From positions 453,663 through 517,662 of the forward strand of contig CP011210.1 of assembly GCA_001029675.1 (NCBI GenBank): a DNA stretch of 64,000 nucleotides. The letters run 5' to 3'. This document shows positions 1 to 9,084 of the stretch, one piece after another; the first letter of the stretch is position 1, and every line of letters begins with the position of its first letter. Both the position numbers and the translations under genes were made by a program. Source of the DNA: Candidatus Beckwithbacteria bacterium GW2011_GWC1_49_16. GTDB taxonomy: Bacteria > Patescibacteriota > Microgenomatia > UBA1400 > CG1-02-47-37. The notes beneath the pieces are model-generated. The model searched no databases. It worked only from the letters and a program-made list of their open reading frames with translations, and had not been told where the DNA came from.

Positions 1-86
1 GGGCGGTAAAGGAACCGGTTTAGAATAAACAGGAGCACCCCAAAATTAACCAGCTGAAACAGTAGTTGATACCACTTAATCGACAC
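1..86 (-). CDS. atpF: ATP synthase F0 subunit b, N-terminal part (runs off the window edge)
   Basis: Manual translation from GTG at 86 gives MSIKWYQLLFQLVNFGVLLFILNRFLYRP, a typical subunit b N-terminus. GGAGG RBS upstream; follows atpE. Confidence 0.9.
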   Translation of the reverse strand, partial: MSIKWYQLLFQLVNFGVLLFILNRFLYR

Positions 87-109
87 TTTAAATTGCCTCC
101 TTTTGGTTT

Positions 110-346
<237 letters not shown>

Positions 347-355
347 CTAAATAAT

Positions 356-1099
356 TTAATGATGCTCGCTTGAAACGGCGATGTTGATAAAGACTAAGGT
401 GAGCATAGCAAAAACCAGCGCCTGAATGAAGCCGACAAAGATTTCCAAGGCCACAAAAGGCAAGGGGCCGAACAAAGGCAGGAGAAAGGCGATGACGATG
501 AGCAAGACCTCGCCGGCAAAAATGTTGCCAAACAGCCTGAAAGTAAAAGAGATGAGACGGGAGAACTCGGCGATGATTTCTAAAAAGCCGACAAAAAAGT
601 TTATCGGATTGGTCAGGTTAAAAAACTTTTTAAAATAACTGATCCCCTGGTATTTGTAGCCGTAGATTTGTACCGAGGCCATGGCAAAAATGGCTATCGC
701 TAAAGTGGTGTGGACGTCGGCGGTGGCCGCCCGCAAAAGCGGCACAAAACGCTCCTGGCCGTTAACTACTTTGATCAGGCCGATGGTATCCAGGCCCGGG
801 AGTAACTCGGCCCAGCTGCCAAAAATGACAAATAGAAAAATAGTAGTAAACAGGGGGAAAAATTTCCCCGCGTGGTGCGGAGTGACGGATTGGACGAATT
901 CATAGAGGCTCTCGATGACTGTCGCCACAAAGAGAGCGAAATTACTCTTTTTGTTTTGTTTTAAATGCTGGTAAAACCTAATGGCCACTAAGCTTAAGCC
1001 GGCGGATACCAGAAGGCTCACCAACATCGAGTTGGTGAATTCAAAGTGTCCTAAATTAAAAATCGGCTCTGCCGATATCGAGATGTGTAGTTCAGCCAC
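356..1099 (-). CDS. atpB: ATP synthase F0 subunit a
   Basis: SFTFRLFGNIFAGE and FIQALVFAMLT motifs. Confidence 0.97.
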   Translation of the reverse strand: MAELHISISAEPIFNLGHFEFTNSMLVSLLVSAGLSLVAIRFYQHLKQNKKSNFALFVATVIESLYEFVQSVTPHHAGKFFPLFTTIFLFVIFGSWAELLPGLDTIGLIKVVNGQERFVPLLRAATADVHTTLAIAIFAMASVQIYGYKYQGISYFKKFFNLTNPINFFVGFLEIIAEFSRLISFTFRLFGNIFAGEVLLIVIAFLLPLFGPLPFVALEIFVGFIQALVFAMLTLVFINIAVSSEHH

Positions 1100-1131
1100 T
1101 TTAAATTTTTTTTGCTTTATTGGCCGTCTTT

Positions 1132-1160
1132 AGGATAACAACAGGCGGCAAAAGTGTCAA
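1132..1160 (-). promoter_or_regulatory. sigma70-type promoter of the atp operon
   Basis: Minus strand TTGACA-17 nt-TATCCT with an extended TG. Confidence 0.65.
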
Positions 1161-1162
1161 GG

Positions 1163-2011
1163 TTATAACAGTTTATCCAGCGGCAGGCCCAAGAGCGAGT
1201 CAAGTTGGCTTTTTAAGCTGGCGGCGGTTTCCCGGGAGTCGGGCCAAGGGGAAAAGCGGTAGTGGTCGAGGATCGCCAGTAACAGCTTAGCTTGCTCTGG
1301 CGGCAAAGGAAAAGTGTGCTGGTATTGATCTTTCAGGTTTGCCTCTGCCGAAAAGGCTAAGCTACCTTTGCCACCTTTGGCCTCTTGCAACTCCTTGATC
1401 AGTTTTATCTTGGTGGCTTTGTCAAGTTTTTCGTCGCGGAGTCTCATTAGTTCCGAAAGGTGCAAGAAAAGAATCCGGGCAACATGGCGCATGATGACGT
1501 CGTGCACCAGCGGTGAGGGTTCGCCGCGAAAACCTAAGTTGGTGGAGCGGGAAAAAACCATCTTGTCGATGCCGGTCAGTATCAAATCGACCTCGGGGTG
1601 GATGGCGTTACTAAACAGGGTGGAGAGTAACGCGTCGGCAATAGTCATGCGGGTTTTGTAAGACTCGACGTAGTTTTCGTTGATGTGGCTGTCGGTGGCC
1701 CAAAAGACGAGTTTTTTGACCAGGCGGCGGCGTTCGAGCCTTCCCGATTTGGTATCCGGATTGGCTTTTAAGAATTTATCTACTCTGGTTTCCACCGCTT
1801 TTGAGTGGATGACGGTGACGCTCTTTTTTCTTTCCCGGGCGAGTTTGACGCGGAACTTTAAGAATTTTCGGGCGTCGGCCTCGCCGAACAGGCCGGCCAT
1901 AAAGTCAAAGCGGGGATTCCAATCGTCTTTAAAAGCCAGTCTTAGGGCTAGGTCAAATCTTAACCAGGCGTAAACCGCCAGCATCAAAAAATACTTCACT
2001 CCCCTTTTCAT
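1163..2011 (-). CDS. hypothetical protein (282 aa)
   Basis: Long ORF with TAAACT -10 element 6 nt before the ATG; no recognisable motif. Confidence 0.7.
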   Translation of the reverse strand: MKRGVKYFLMLAVYAWLRFDLALRLAFKDDWNPRFDFMAGLFGEADARKFLKFRVKLARERKKSVTVIHSKAVETRVDKFLKANPDTKSGRLERRRLVKKLVFWATDSHINENYVESYKTRMTIADALLSTLFSNAIHPEVDLILTGIDKMVFSRSTNLGFRGEPSPLVHDVIMRHVARILFLHLSELMRLRDEKLDKATKIKLIKELQEAKGGKGSLAFSAEANLKDQYQHTFPLPPEQAKLLLAILDHYRFSPWPDSRETAASLKSQLDSLLGLPLDKLL

Positions 2012-2038
2012 CGTTTTAGTTTACCACGAGCGGTTATT

Positions 2039-2311
2039 TTACCGATTCAGATACATAATTTCCTTAAAAACTCTTCTCAGTTGAATTTTCAACTCGGCCC
2101 TACCTTTACCGCCTTTTAAGTAGACCTCTCGTCCTTTTGCGTCAGCTCTGTTTTTGTAGGCTTCGTAGTAAATTAACTCTAACGGTAAACGATGTTTGGT
2201 TGCTTTAACGTAGCCGTTATTGTGTTTTTTAAGCCTCGCCTTTAAGTCGGGAGTATAGCCGGTGTAAAGTTTTCTATCTTTCTTTGAGAATAAAATATAG
2301 ACGTAGTGCAT
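2039..2311 (-). CDS. small stand-alone GIY-YIG nuclease family protein
   Basis: YVYIL...LYTGYT..LKARLKKHN...YYEAY...A..RE..LK pattern. Confidence 0.9.
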   Translation of the reverse strand: MHYVYILFSKKDRKLYTGYTPDLKARLKKHNNGYVKATKHRLPLELIYYEAYKNRADAKGREVYLKGGKGRAELKIQLRRVFKEIMYLNR

Positions 2312-2344
2312 CGCGGTTTTCGTTAATCTGGCTTCGTTTTGATA

Positions 2345-2389
2345 GAGGTGAGTCCGCTTAGCGGACTATCACCTCGCTGAGCGAGGTGA
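2345..2389. repeat. tandem GC-rich palindromes upstream of the GIY-YIG gene
   Basis: agtccgc-tta-gcggact and tcacctcgc-tga-gcgaggtga perfect stems, with gaggtg/cacctc enclosing the first. Confidence 0.8.
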
Positions 2390-2573
2390 GCCATACGGGT
2401 CTGGAACCCTTTAGTCCCATAACCAGTAACTTTCGTAGTGTATCATATCAAGGCTAAATGAGACAAATGAGACACTATAAAAAGGGGTGTCTCAAATGCT
2501 AGTGATGTAGTTTGATATAGACAGCCTTGATATTGGAACTCACATCCTGTAAGTAATATACTTGAACTAATAT

Positions 2574-3218
2574 ATGGCAAAAAAGACAAAACTAGTGAGC
2601 ATGCGAAAACCGATCTATTTAGTGCTATTTATAGTAATTCTCGCTCTCGGTGCTCTAATCTGGTACAAAAACTGGCAAAGCAAGTTTGAGGCTCCGAAAC
2701 AAGGTACTCAATTAATTGGGTTTACGATTAAGAAAGACACTTCCTTAATGGCGGTAGTTGGCGATCTTCACTATTACGGATTTATTAAGGATGAGGATGC
2801 CTTTAAATACGCTTTAGAGCACACAAAGGACAATACTCCAGGCAAGGCGAATGCTCTTACCATTGGTAATAACACTATCGACCGAGAAGCTAGATATAAA
2901 ATCTCTCAGAGTATGACTGCTTGGCAAATAGCAGACGTACTGCTTAACCAAGGTGAACTTAGTACATGCGACCATGGCTGTCCTGATAGTAATTTTGATC
3001 CAGAACTTCTTCCTGGTGGGGATTTAGCTCCTACTCTGAAAGAAAAGTATTCTGGGGTCAAAACTTACGAAGATTGCACTAAGGCAATTGGTCATGACGG
3101 AGGTCAACTCTCTTCAGAGCAATATGCCCAAAGAACAGGAATCAGAAGATGTGTTGCCCCTGATGGTCGAGAATTTACTCAAGGAAAAGAGGGTTGGTCG
3201 GACGTTCCTACTCCTTAG
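2574..3218 (+). CDS. membrane-anchored protein with an MltG/YceG-like N-terminal domain and a Cys-rich C-terminal domain
   Basis: N-terminal TM helix; GFIKDEDAF...YKISQSMTAWQIADVL resembles the MltG N-terminal region; TYEDC...RRCVAPDGREF module. Confidence 0.55.
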   Translation: MAKKTKLVSMRKPIYLVLFIVILALGALIWYKNWQSKFEAPKQGTQLIGFTIKKDTSLMAVVGDLHYYGFIKDEDAFKYALEHTKDNTPGKANALTIGNNTIDREARYKISQSMTAWQIADVLLNQGELSTCDHGCPDSNFDPELLPGGDLAPTLKEKYSGVKTYEDCTKAIGHDGGQLSSEQYAQRTGIRRCVAPDGREFTQGKEGWSDVPTP

Positions 3219-4012
3219 CTAGTTATTTTTTCTTTATTTACCAGCGCCACGCTTTTGTTTAGCTCGTCCTTCAAAACGCTGAGCTCTGTTAACAACCCCT
3301 GTTTTCCAAAATATTTGGCTGCCACCTCCATTATTCTGCGTAACATATCAAATGCTCCAATCAAGTTGTTTTCCTGACCCTTAGTTTGTGGACCAGCAGA
3401 AAAGGTGGTGACATCATCAATTTTTGCAGACACTAATTGATTCAATACAATTGGCTGTGAATGAGCGTGCTGACTGGCTAAATTGTAGAAAACATCGTAC
3501 TCCCAACTACACCCAGTCTTCTTACAGAGTTCCTTAAAACTATAGCCTGACCATTTATACTTATCTGGCCTCTTATACCTCTTGTAAAACTGGATCTTTG
3601 CTTTGAGTCTTGCTTGGTAAATATCCAACGGAAACTCTTTCTTAAGCCTTCTTTTATTTTTTGCGTAGTCGAGCATGAAAAATTGTTGTACTTGGATATG
3701 CTCAATATATCGCCTAGCTCGAGTGTCTCTTTTTGTTTCATTAAGAATGTAGGTTAAATTTACCAAATCCTCAAACATTGAACGGACGATACTGTCCGCC
3801 TCCATACCATATCCAGACTTACACAAAATAACAGTAGCAGAATGACTGCGAATAGCTTTAGCAATTAAAGCTAGAAGAATATCAGTTTTGCGTGTTTTTG
3901 ATGGTGCCGTAAAACTGTTGAAGTGTTTTCCAGCCGCCGTTAATAAACGATCATTAAGTTCAAATAAACTCAATGAATCTTCAATGACACTTTTTGTCTG
4001 GTCTCTATTCAT
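3215..4012 (-). CDS. DUF5677-like (HEPN-related) protein
   Basis: A..IVRSMFE..VNL.YI, KWSG, and Y...S.HAH motifs; all-helical character. Confidence 0.65.
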   Translation of the reverse strand: MNRDQTKSVIEDSLSLFELNDRLLTAAGKHFNSFTAPSKTRKTDILLALIAKAIRSHSATVILCKSGYGMEADSIVRSMFEDLVNLTYILNETKRDTRARRYIEHIQVQQFFMLDYAKNKRRLKKEFPLDIYQARLKAKIQFYKRYKRPDKYKWSGYSFKELCKKTGCSWEYDVFYNLASQHAHSQPIVLNQLVSAKIDDVTTFSAGPQTKGQENNLIGAFDMLRRIMEVAAKYFGKQGLLTELSVLKDELNKSVALVNKEKITS

Positions 4013-5679
4013 AGGTTAATTTTATTTCCCTTGCTATCGGCAATACTCATCTGTATTTTAGACTTTTGCTTCGGATATTTCTTCAAAAACTCTTGGTTTT
4101 CACTGACTAAAGATACGGTGTAATAAACAGTTCCATCTTTCCTTTTCAAATCTCTGCCGTGGAGTAAGCCCTCTCTCCTAAGTTTTTTAATCGAAGATGG
4201 ATGGACTCCGTGATTAGATGTAATCTGCAATCTTTCAAACCAGTTACTTTTATCGTCATGGCGATGCTTGAGGGGTGGAATAACGCCTTCTTTGATATTG
4301 TTCCAGCAATCTCTGCACCATAAACCGTTTAATGTCCACCAGATATCCTTTCCGTAGTAATACTCTCCACAAATTCCACAAGTATATGGACCTTTACCGT
4401 CGTCAAGGTAGAATCCTTCTGGCTCTTTCTCAAGTCTTCTTTTTCGTGTTGCTTCGATTCCATCAAATTCACCAGACATTCTTGCGAGTTGAACCAGGTT
4501 ATGACTCATATACTTAGCTCGTTTTTCTGAGTCACTGTTTGATTTTGGAGTTTTAACTTCTTTTTTGGCTCCAACCAATTCAAGTAAATCTTCTTCTTGC
4601 TCATATGCTTTCAGAGTGCCAGACAGATATCCAAGGCGATAGCGGATTCCATCACTCATAAGTCTCCAGTTGGTGTCTTCTAAAGTATCTTTCAGGAGTT
4701 TCTTGAGGGTTGCTTCGCTTATATTAGGATTTCTTGTTGAGTTAGCATCTAAAACATTAAAAGGAATCGTAACAAACCTGCCCATATCAGGTTTATCCAG
4801 CGTGAACTTAACGTATTTCTCCTTTTCCAATTTTTCAGTAAGCAATTTCTCGATTTCAAGAACGGTTAATCTTTTTAGATTGACTGCTGTTTGGTAGGCT
4901 TTGTCATCATATTTCTGTTTTTCTTCTTCATACACTTCATGACCTACTTCCATTGCTTCGAGTGTTTCGACGTGTTCTATGCCATCTTTTTCGTTTAAAC
5001 AAAACTCTCCTCGATACTTTTCAAGAAGTTTTTTGCCTTCTTCTTCCTTTTTCTTTTGCTCTTCCTCCCATTTCTTATGCTCCTCATCATGTTTAGCAAG
5101 ATCCTCAATTTCAGTTTTTGTATAACCACAGGCTTTGCATTTATGTTTCCAAGTAATGACTTTGCCTTTTCGAGTAGCTTTTATATCCATTTCTTCTTTG
5201 CACTTTGGGCAAAGGTCAGGCTTTGATAAGCGGATCTCATTATCGTCATATACCCACTGTTGTTTCTCGCATTTACTGCATTTAAAAAGAAACATCATGC
5301 GCATGATCGGGTTATCGTATGAGTAATCAAGGTGTTTTGAAGAATTGAAAGACATTGAACCGCCACAGAGGGGGCAAACAATTCCTTCTGGGATTGGAGT
5401 GTGATCTTGCTTATCCTGTTTTAGTTTGTCTTCTTCCATCCACTTCTGGATAGTTTCTTGTTTCTTTTCATACCTTTTGCCTTTTATAGTAAAAAGGGTA
5501 CGATGAAGCATAAGGTTTGCGTCATGCGATTTGACTTCTTGGGAAATATCCTTAAGCTCTTCGCTAGTAAGACTAGTTTTATAAATATCCTGAAACATTT
5601 TTACCGTATCAAGACACTCTTCAATGGTATGAAGGTCGTAGCGGTCAACATAATTTTGTTCATCATTTAGGTATTGCAT
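4009..5679 (-). CDS. hypothetical multi-Zn-ribbon protein (556 aa)
   Basis: Six CxxC pairs (CPLC, CSKC, CPKC, CKAC, CGIC, CRDC) and a charged coiled-coil stretch. Confidence 0.75.
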   Translation of the reverse strand: MQYLNDEQNYVDRYDLHTIEECLDTVKMFQDIYKTSLTSEELKDISQEVKSHDANLMLHRTLFTIKGKRYEKKQETIQKWMEEDKLKQDKQDHTPIPEGIVCPLCGGSMSFNSSKHLDYSYDNPIMRMMFLFKCSKCEKQQWVYDDNEIRLSKPDLCPKCKEEMDIKATRKGKVITWKHKCKACGYTKTEIEDLAKHDEEHKKWEEEQKKKEEEGKKLLEKYRGEFCLNEKDGIEHVETLEAMEVGHEVYEEEKQKYDDKAYQTAVNLKRLTVLEIEKLLTEKLEKEKYVKFTLDKPDMGRFVTIPFNVLDANSTRNPNISEATLKKLLKDTLEDTNWRLMSDGIRYRLGYLSGTLKAYEQEEDLLELVGAKKEVKTPKSNSDSEKRAKYMSHNLVQLARMSGEFDGIEATRKRRLEKEPEGFYLDDGKGPYTCGICGEYYYGKDIWWTLNGLWCRDCWNNIKEGVIPPLKHRHDDKSNWFERLQITSNHGVHPSSIKKLRREGLLHGRDLKRKDGTVYYTVSLVSENQEFLKKYPKQKSKIQMSIADSKGNKINL

Positions 5680-6496
5680 TCTTTTTGTTTAATCCTTTTA
5701 AACTGAATACTGGCTGTTTAAAATGAGATCCACCGAACATGCTGTTCCATTCATCTTTGTCATTTATGTAGAAACTAGAAATGTCTTTACTGCTAACAGG
5801 TTTTTTATAATGCAACAGGATTATTGCTCGCATATTATTCAGTAGTGAGCAGACAAAGAGACACTTCCCGAAAATTCTGCCAATCTTAAAATTCAACGTA
5901 TGCTGTAAGACTATTGGAACTCCATCTCTGGTTTCCTTAGAAAAATAAGTAATCGTACTATCGGAGTCGTTCAGCTTAAAATGTTGTCCATTCCCAACGG
6001 AGATAGAAAGAGTTGTCTGGCTATGATTGGCTTTAACCCTATAACCATGTTTATAGGCATTGAGCAGATCGTAGTCGCCTAAATAATCCTTAGCGACTTC
6101 CTTAATTAAATTTGTATAAAGATTATATTTCTCATTTGTTCCACTATTATCTTTGAGAACAGAAAAGATTAATTTAAAAAACCAGGATGAAAGTTCCGTC
6201 GTCTTAGCGAAATTCTCACTAATGAAGTTGCGAAGATTAAAAGAATCGATAAATAAGGCTGAAGGGAATCTGTCAACCGTGACCGACAAAGCATGAGAGT
6301 TAATAAATAAAATCTCTGTCGCCTGTAAATAAAGCGTATATAAATCTAAGACAACTCTGTTTTGTTTTTTCTTATCCTTCAATCTTTCAAACTTGTTATA
6401 TAGCTGGATTGTCTTTTTAGTCAAACTATCGAAATCAGCATTTTCGTAGTGTGAAAGTTTAAAATCATCCAATTCTTTTTCTAAATCCGGAGTCAT
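5663..6496 (-). CDS. hypothetical protein, possible HEPN-like RNase
   Basis: Helical protein with LLNAYKHG, resembling the HEPN R/N-x4-H motif; overlaps cap15 by 4 nt. Confidence 0.5.
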   Translation of the reverse strand: MTPDLEKELDDFKLSHYENADFDSLTKKTIQLYNKFERLKDKKKQNRVVLDLYTLYLQATEILFINSHALSVTVDRFPSALFIDSFNLRNFISENFAKTTELSSWFFKLIFSVLKDNSGTNEKYNLYTNLIKEVAKDYLGDYDLLNAYKHGYRVKANHSQTTLSISVGNGQHFKLNDSDSTITYFSKETRDGVPIVLQHTLNFKIGRIFGKCLFVCSLLNNMRAIILLHYKKPVSSKDISSFYINDKDEWNSMFGGSHFKQPVFSLKGLNKKNAIPK

Positions 6497-7119
6497 AGCG
6501 TTTTATATTCCAGTTGTTCAGCATCCTCGAAATTTTCAGCAATCATGCAGGAATACCTGTCCAAGATAACAGTCCCAGCACCTTTTCTATCTGTAAAGTA
6601 ACTACCGAGCAATTTCTTGACTGGATTCCCTACAATATCAAATACGCTTGCTCCATCATGCGGTCTGTTATTATCTCTCTTACCATAAGGTGCTTCACTC
6701 TTATACAGATAAACAAGCTTTTTTCTATCTGGTTCTTCTTCAATCTTGGCGGTGACAGATTTAGAAGCCGACGGTTTCTTAAAGAATGAGCGGACTGATA
6801 CAGAAGTAAAAGTCTGATTAATAGCAACATAAATATCAGTCTCGCCGCTCATACCTTTCTCGTCACTCTCAAATTTTAGTTTTCCTTTCCATGTTCCATA
6901 AAGAATTGGCACTCCTAAAAATTGAGCTAGATATTTAAAGATCCACTTTCTCCAAATCCATTTATCATATGTAGTCCAGATAATAACCACCAAACTAGTT
7001 GCTCCCGACAACCAACGGAACAAGTTATCGTCAATAGACTGTCTCGTTACGAACGATAAAACAAAGATAAGTACTGAATATAAGAGAATGGCAGTTTTGA
7101 TTATTCGTTGCTGATTCAT
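6493..7119 (-). CDS. cap15: CBASS Cap15-like effector (2TM plus beta-barrel, S_2TMBeta)
   Basis: Two N-terminal TM helices, then P.LYGTWKG.L, I.QT...SV, LVYLY..E, H.G and G.YFTDR...G; directly downstream of a CD-NTase. Confidence 0.88.
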   Translation of the reverse strand: MNQQRIIKTAILLYSVLIFVLSFVTRQSIDDNLFRWLSGATSLVVIIWTTYDKWIWRKWIFKYLAQFLGVPILYGTWKGKLKFESDEKGMSGETDIYVAINQTFTSVSVRSFFKKPSASKSVTAKIEEEPDRKKLVYLYKSEAPYGKRDNNRPHDGASVFDIVGNPVKKLLGSYFTDRKGAGTVILDRYSCMIAENFEDAEQLEYKTL

Positions 7120-7120
7120 A

Positions 7121-8023
7121 TTATTTATTTAATAAGTTATAGGCACTCTTTATAAATTGTTTAGCATCATCTTTGGTCCAGTTTTGTTGTCCGTGGAATA
7201 AATATTTACATCCATTTACCTCACGCCACCTACAATCTTCAGAAAGAGTGTACTCGTCTTTTAGTAAATATGTCCACACCTCCTCACATCCTCTCAAAAC
7301 AATATCACGCCAAATCTCATTATTTGTGTAAATAGGATTGCTGACGTTATATGCCAAACTTTCAATCATGAATGATGGAAAGGGCGAGGTGTTGTTATTC
7401 TCAGAAAGGTGACCGTTAACATTTTTTAGAATACGTGCCACATTTTTAAATCGCTTCGAGGTCGAAGTATTTTTCTCAATTCCATTTTCAAGATGTTGAT
7501 CAGGGTAATTGAAATGTCTAATGCCATCAGGTCTGTTTAAAATTAACTGTATACCTTGGTTGTAATTTGTAGATCCAGTCGAATAATAATACCGATATGT
7601 GGTACATGGAATTATGTCAGCATCCAGTATCTTATCTGACCCTCTAATTTTGAAAACCTTATTACCTGATGAATCGACCAAGTTCTTCCCGAACTCAGTT
7701 TCTAGTGCTTTCTGTAAGCGAAGTTTAAAATCAATTTCTGAAATGCCTGTATAGCCGAAAAGACCAGTATTTGAAAATCCAACGCCTTCAGCATAGTTCA
7801 GGTTGATCATATCTTGTAGCTCAACAGCAATATCAATGTCTGAGTCATGTCTAACATTAGTATTATTTGGATAGGATCCTTTTGCAAAAACCCTAATACC
7901 CAAGTCACTCAAATGAGTATCAACAGCTGATTTAACAGTATCTTTTGTCTTTTCTGCTCTTTCCTCCTCGTTGTTAAACCAAGGTTTGATCCAGCCAGAT
8001 AGTTGATCATCGCTAATATTCAT
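7121..8023 (-). CDS. cGAS/DncV-like nucleotidyltransferase (CD-NTase, CdnE-like)
   Basis: GSYPNNTNVRHDSDIDIAV active site, DADIIP, NYPDQH.ENG..KN..T, FK...RILK, SFMIESL.YNV. Confidence 0.92.
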   Translation of the reverse strand: MNISDDQLSGWIKPWFNNEEERAEKTKDTVKSAVDTHLSDLGIRVFAKGSYPNNTNVRHDSDIDIAVELQDMINLNYAEGVGFSNTGLFGYTGISEIDFKLRLQKALETEFGKNLVDSSGNKVFKIRGSDKILDADIIPCTTYRYYYSTGSTNYNQGIQLILNRPDGIRHFNYPDQHLENGIEKNTSTSKRFKNVARILKNVNGHLSENNNTSPFPSFMIESLAYNVSNPIYTNNEIWRDIVLRGCEEVWTYLLKDEYTLSEDCRWREVNGCKYLFHGQQNWTKDDAKQFIKSAYNLLNK

Positions 8024-8043
8024 AGATAGTTATTTTTTATTCA

Positions 8044-8253
8044 TCACTTTGCCTTACTCCTGTTATATGGATGCCTGTTGTGCGGCATAAGTGAAACATT
8101 TAAATCTTGAGCCTTAGCTTGTATCGCCCCAGGAGTTCTACTCATCTTTAATCCAATAACTCTCGTAGGGGTGTTACCTCTCGCGAGTTTTCGTAGTTGG
8201 GATTCCTGAGTCGGAGACCATTGTTTTCCTTGATTTGCTGGTTTCTTTGTCAT
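8044..8253 (-). CDS. small basic Myb/SANT-like HTH protein (69 aa)
   Basis: GKQWSP.QE..LRKLA...TPTRVIGLKMSRT..AIQAKA pattern; tightly packed between lexA and the CD-NTase. Confidence 0.7.
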   Translation of the reverse strand: MTKKPANQGKQWSPTQESQLRKLARGNTPTRVIGLKMSRTPGAIQAKAQDLNVSLMPHNRHPYNRSKAK

Positions 8254-8255
8254 AA

Positions 8256-8873
8256 TTAATCACCGCCTTTCTTAATAACATCCTCGACAACGCCTTGAAT
8301 AGAGAAGTCTTCAAATAATAATATTGGTTTATTTTTTGGGTTAGTAGATTCTGGTTGAAGACGTACGTAGCCATCTTCAGGAATTATCTTCTTAATTGTT
8401 GCCTCATCACCAATAAGTGCGACTACACGACTACCGGGGTCAGCTGTTTGCTGTTTTTTAATTAGGACAAAATCTCCATCATCAATTGTTTTTCCGGAAA
8501 CTCTGGCGTTATTCATACTGTCGCCTATTGCCCGTAGGAAAAAATAATTGTCCGGAGTTCCACTGATCTTCGAAGCATCAAATTGAATGTAGGCCTCAAC
8601 ATTTTCGGTAGCTAAGAATGGAACTCCACACGCTACATTGCCTACAAGGGGAATTTGTACTTTGTCAGATGAGTCCGGTAAAGCTAATCCTCGAGTATTT
8701 TCCAGATACCCCTTTTCTTTCAGTGCATCAGTGTGTCGCTGAACGGAGCTTATACTAGCTAAACCCAAGGTCACACGAAGTTCTTCAAGTGTGGGAGTTG
8801 TACCATTTTTATTTGCCTGATCCTTAATAGAAGACAGGACTATCTTTTGCTTTGAGGTTAAAGTCTTTCTCAT
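8256..8873 (-). CDS. lexA: LexA-family self-cleaving repressor
   Basis: LT.KQ..VL, PTLEEL..LGL.S..SV..H..AL..KGY winged helix; VACG cleavage site; catalytic GDSM Ser and ATIKK Lys. Start set at the ATG at 8873. Confidence 0.9.
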   Translation of the reverse strand: MRKTLTSKQKIVLSSIKDQANKNGTTPTLEELRVTLGLASISSVQRHTDALKEKGYLENTRGLALPDSSDKVQIPLVGNVACGVPFLATENVEAYIQFDASKISGTPDNYFFLRAIGDSMNNARVSGKTIDDGDFVLIKKQQTADPGSRVVALIGDEATIKKIIPEDGYVRLQPESTNPKNKPILLFEDFSIQGVVEDVIKKGGD

Positions 8874-8880
8874 ACGCACT

Positions 8881-8909
8881 ATTCTACTCTAACTAGCGTA
8901 ATTATGCAA
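8881..8909 (-). promoter_or_regulatory. promoter of the lexA-CBASS operon (leaderless type)
   Basis: TTGCAT-17-TAGAAT, 7 nt before the ATG; flanked by a TAACTA/TAGTTA inverted repeat (8890-8921). Confidence 0.6.
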
Positions 8910-9084
8910 GGGGATTAGTTATTATAAAAAGCCTGTCAAGGGGGTAATTTCATCAAACAGTTTATAAATTGCTGTGTTGATTTAGCCCAATATATCGGTC
9001 TATTTATCATGTAACCCAGGGTTTCACCCACCCCTCCGTGTCACCCGGGCTATATCAAAACGGGGTGATATTGTTATCTTAATT

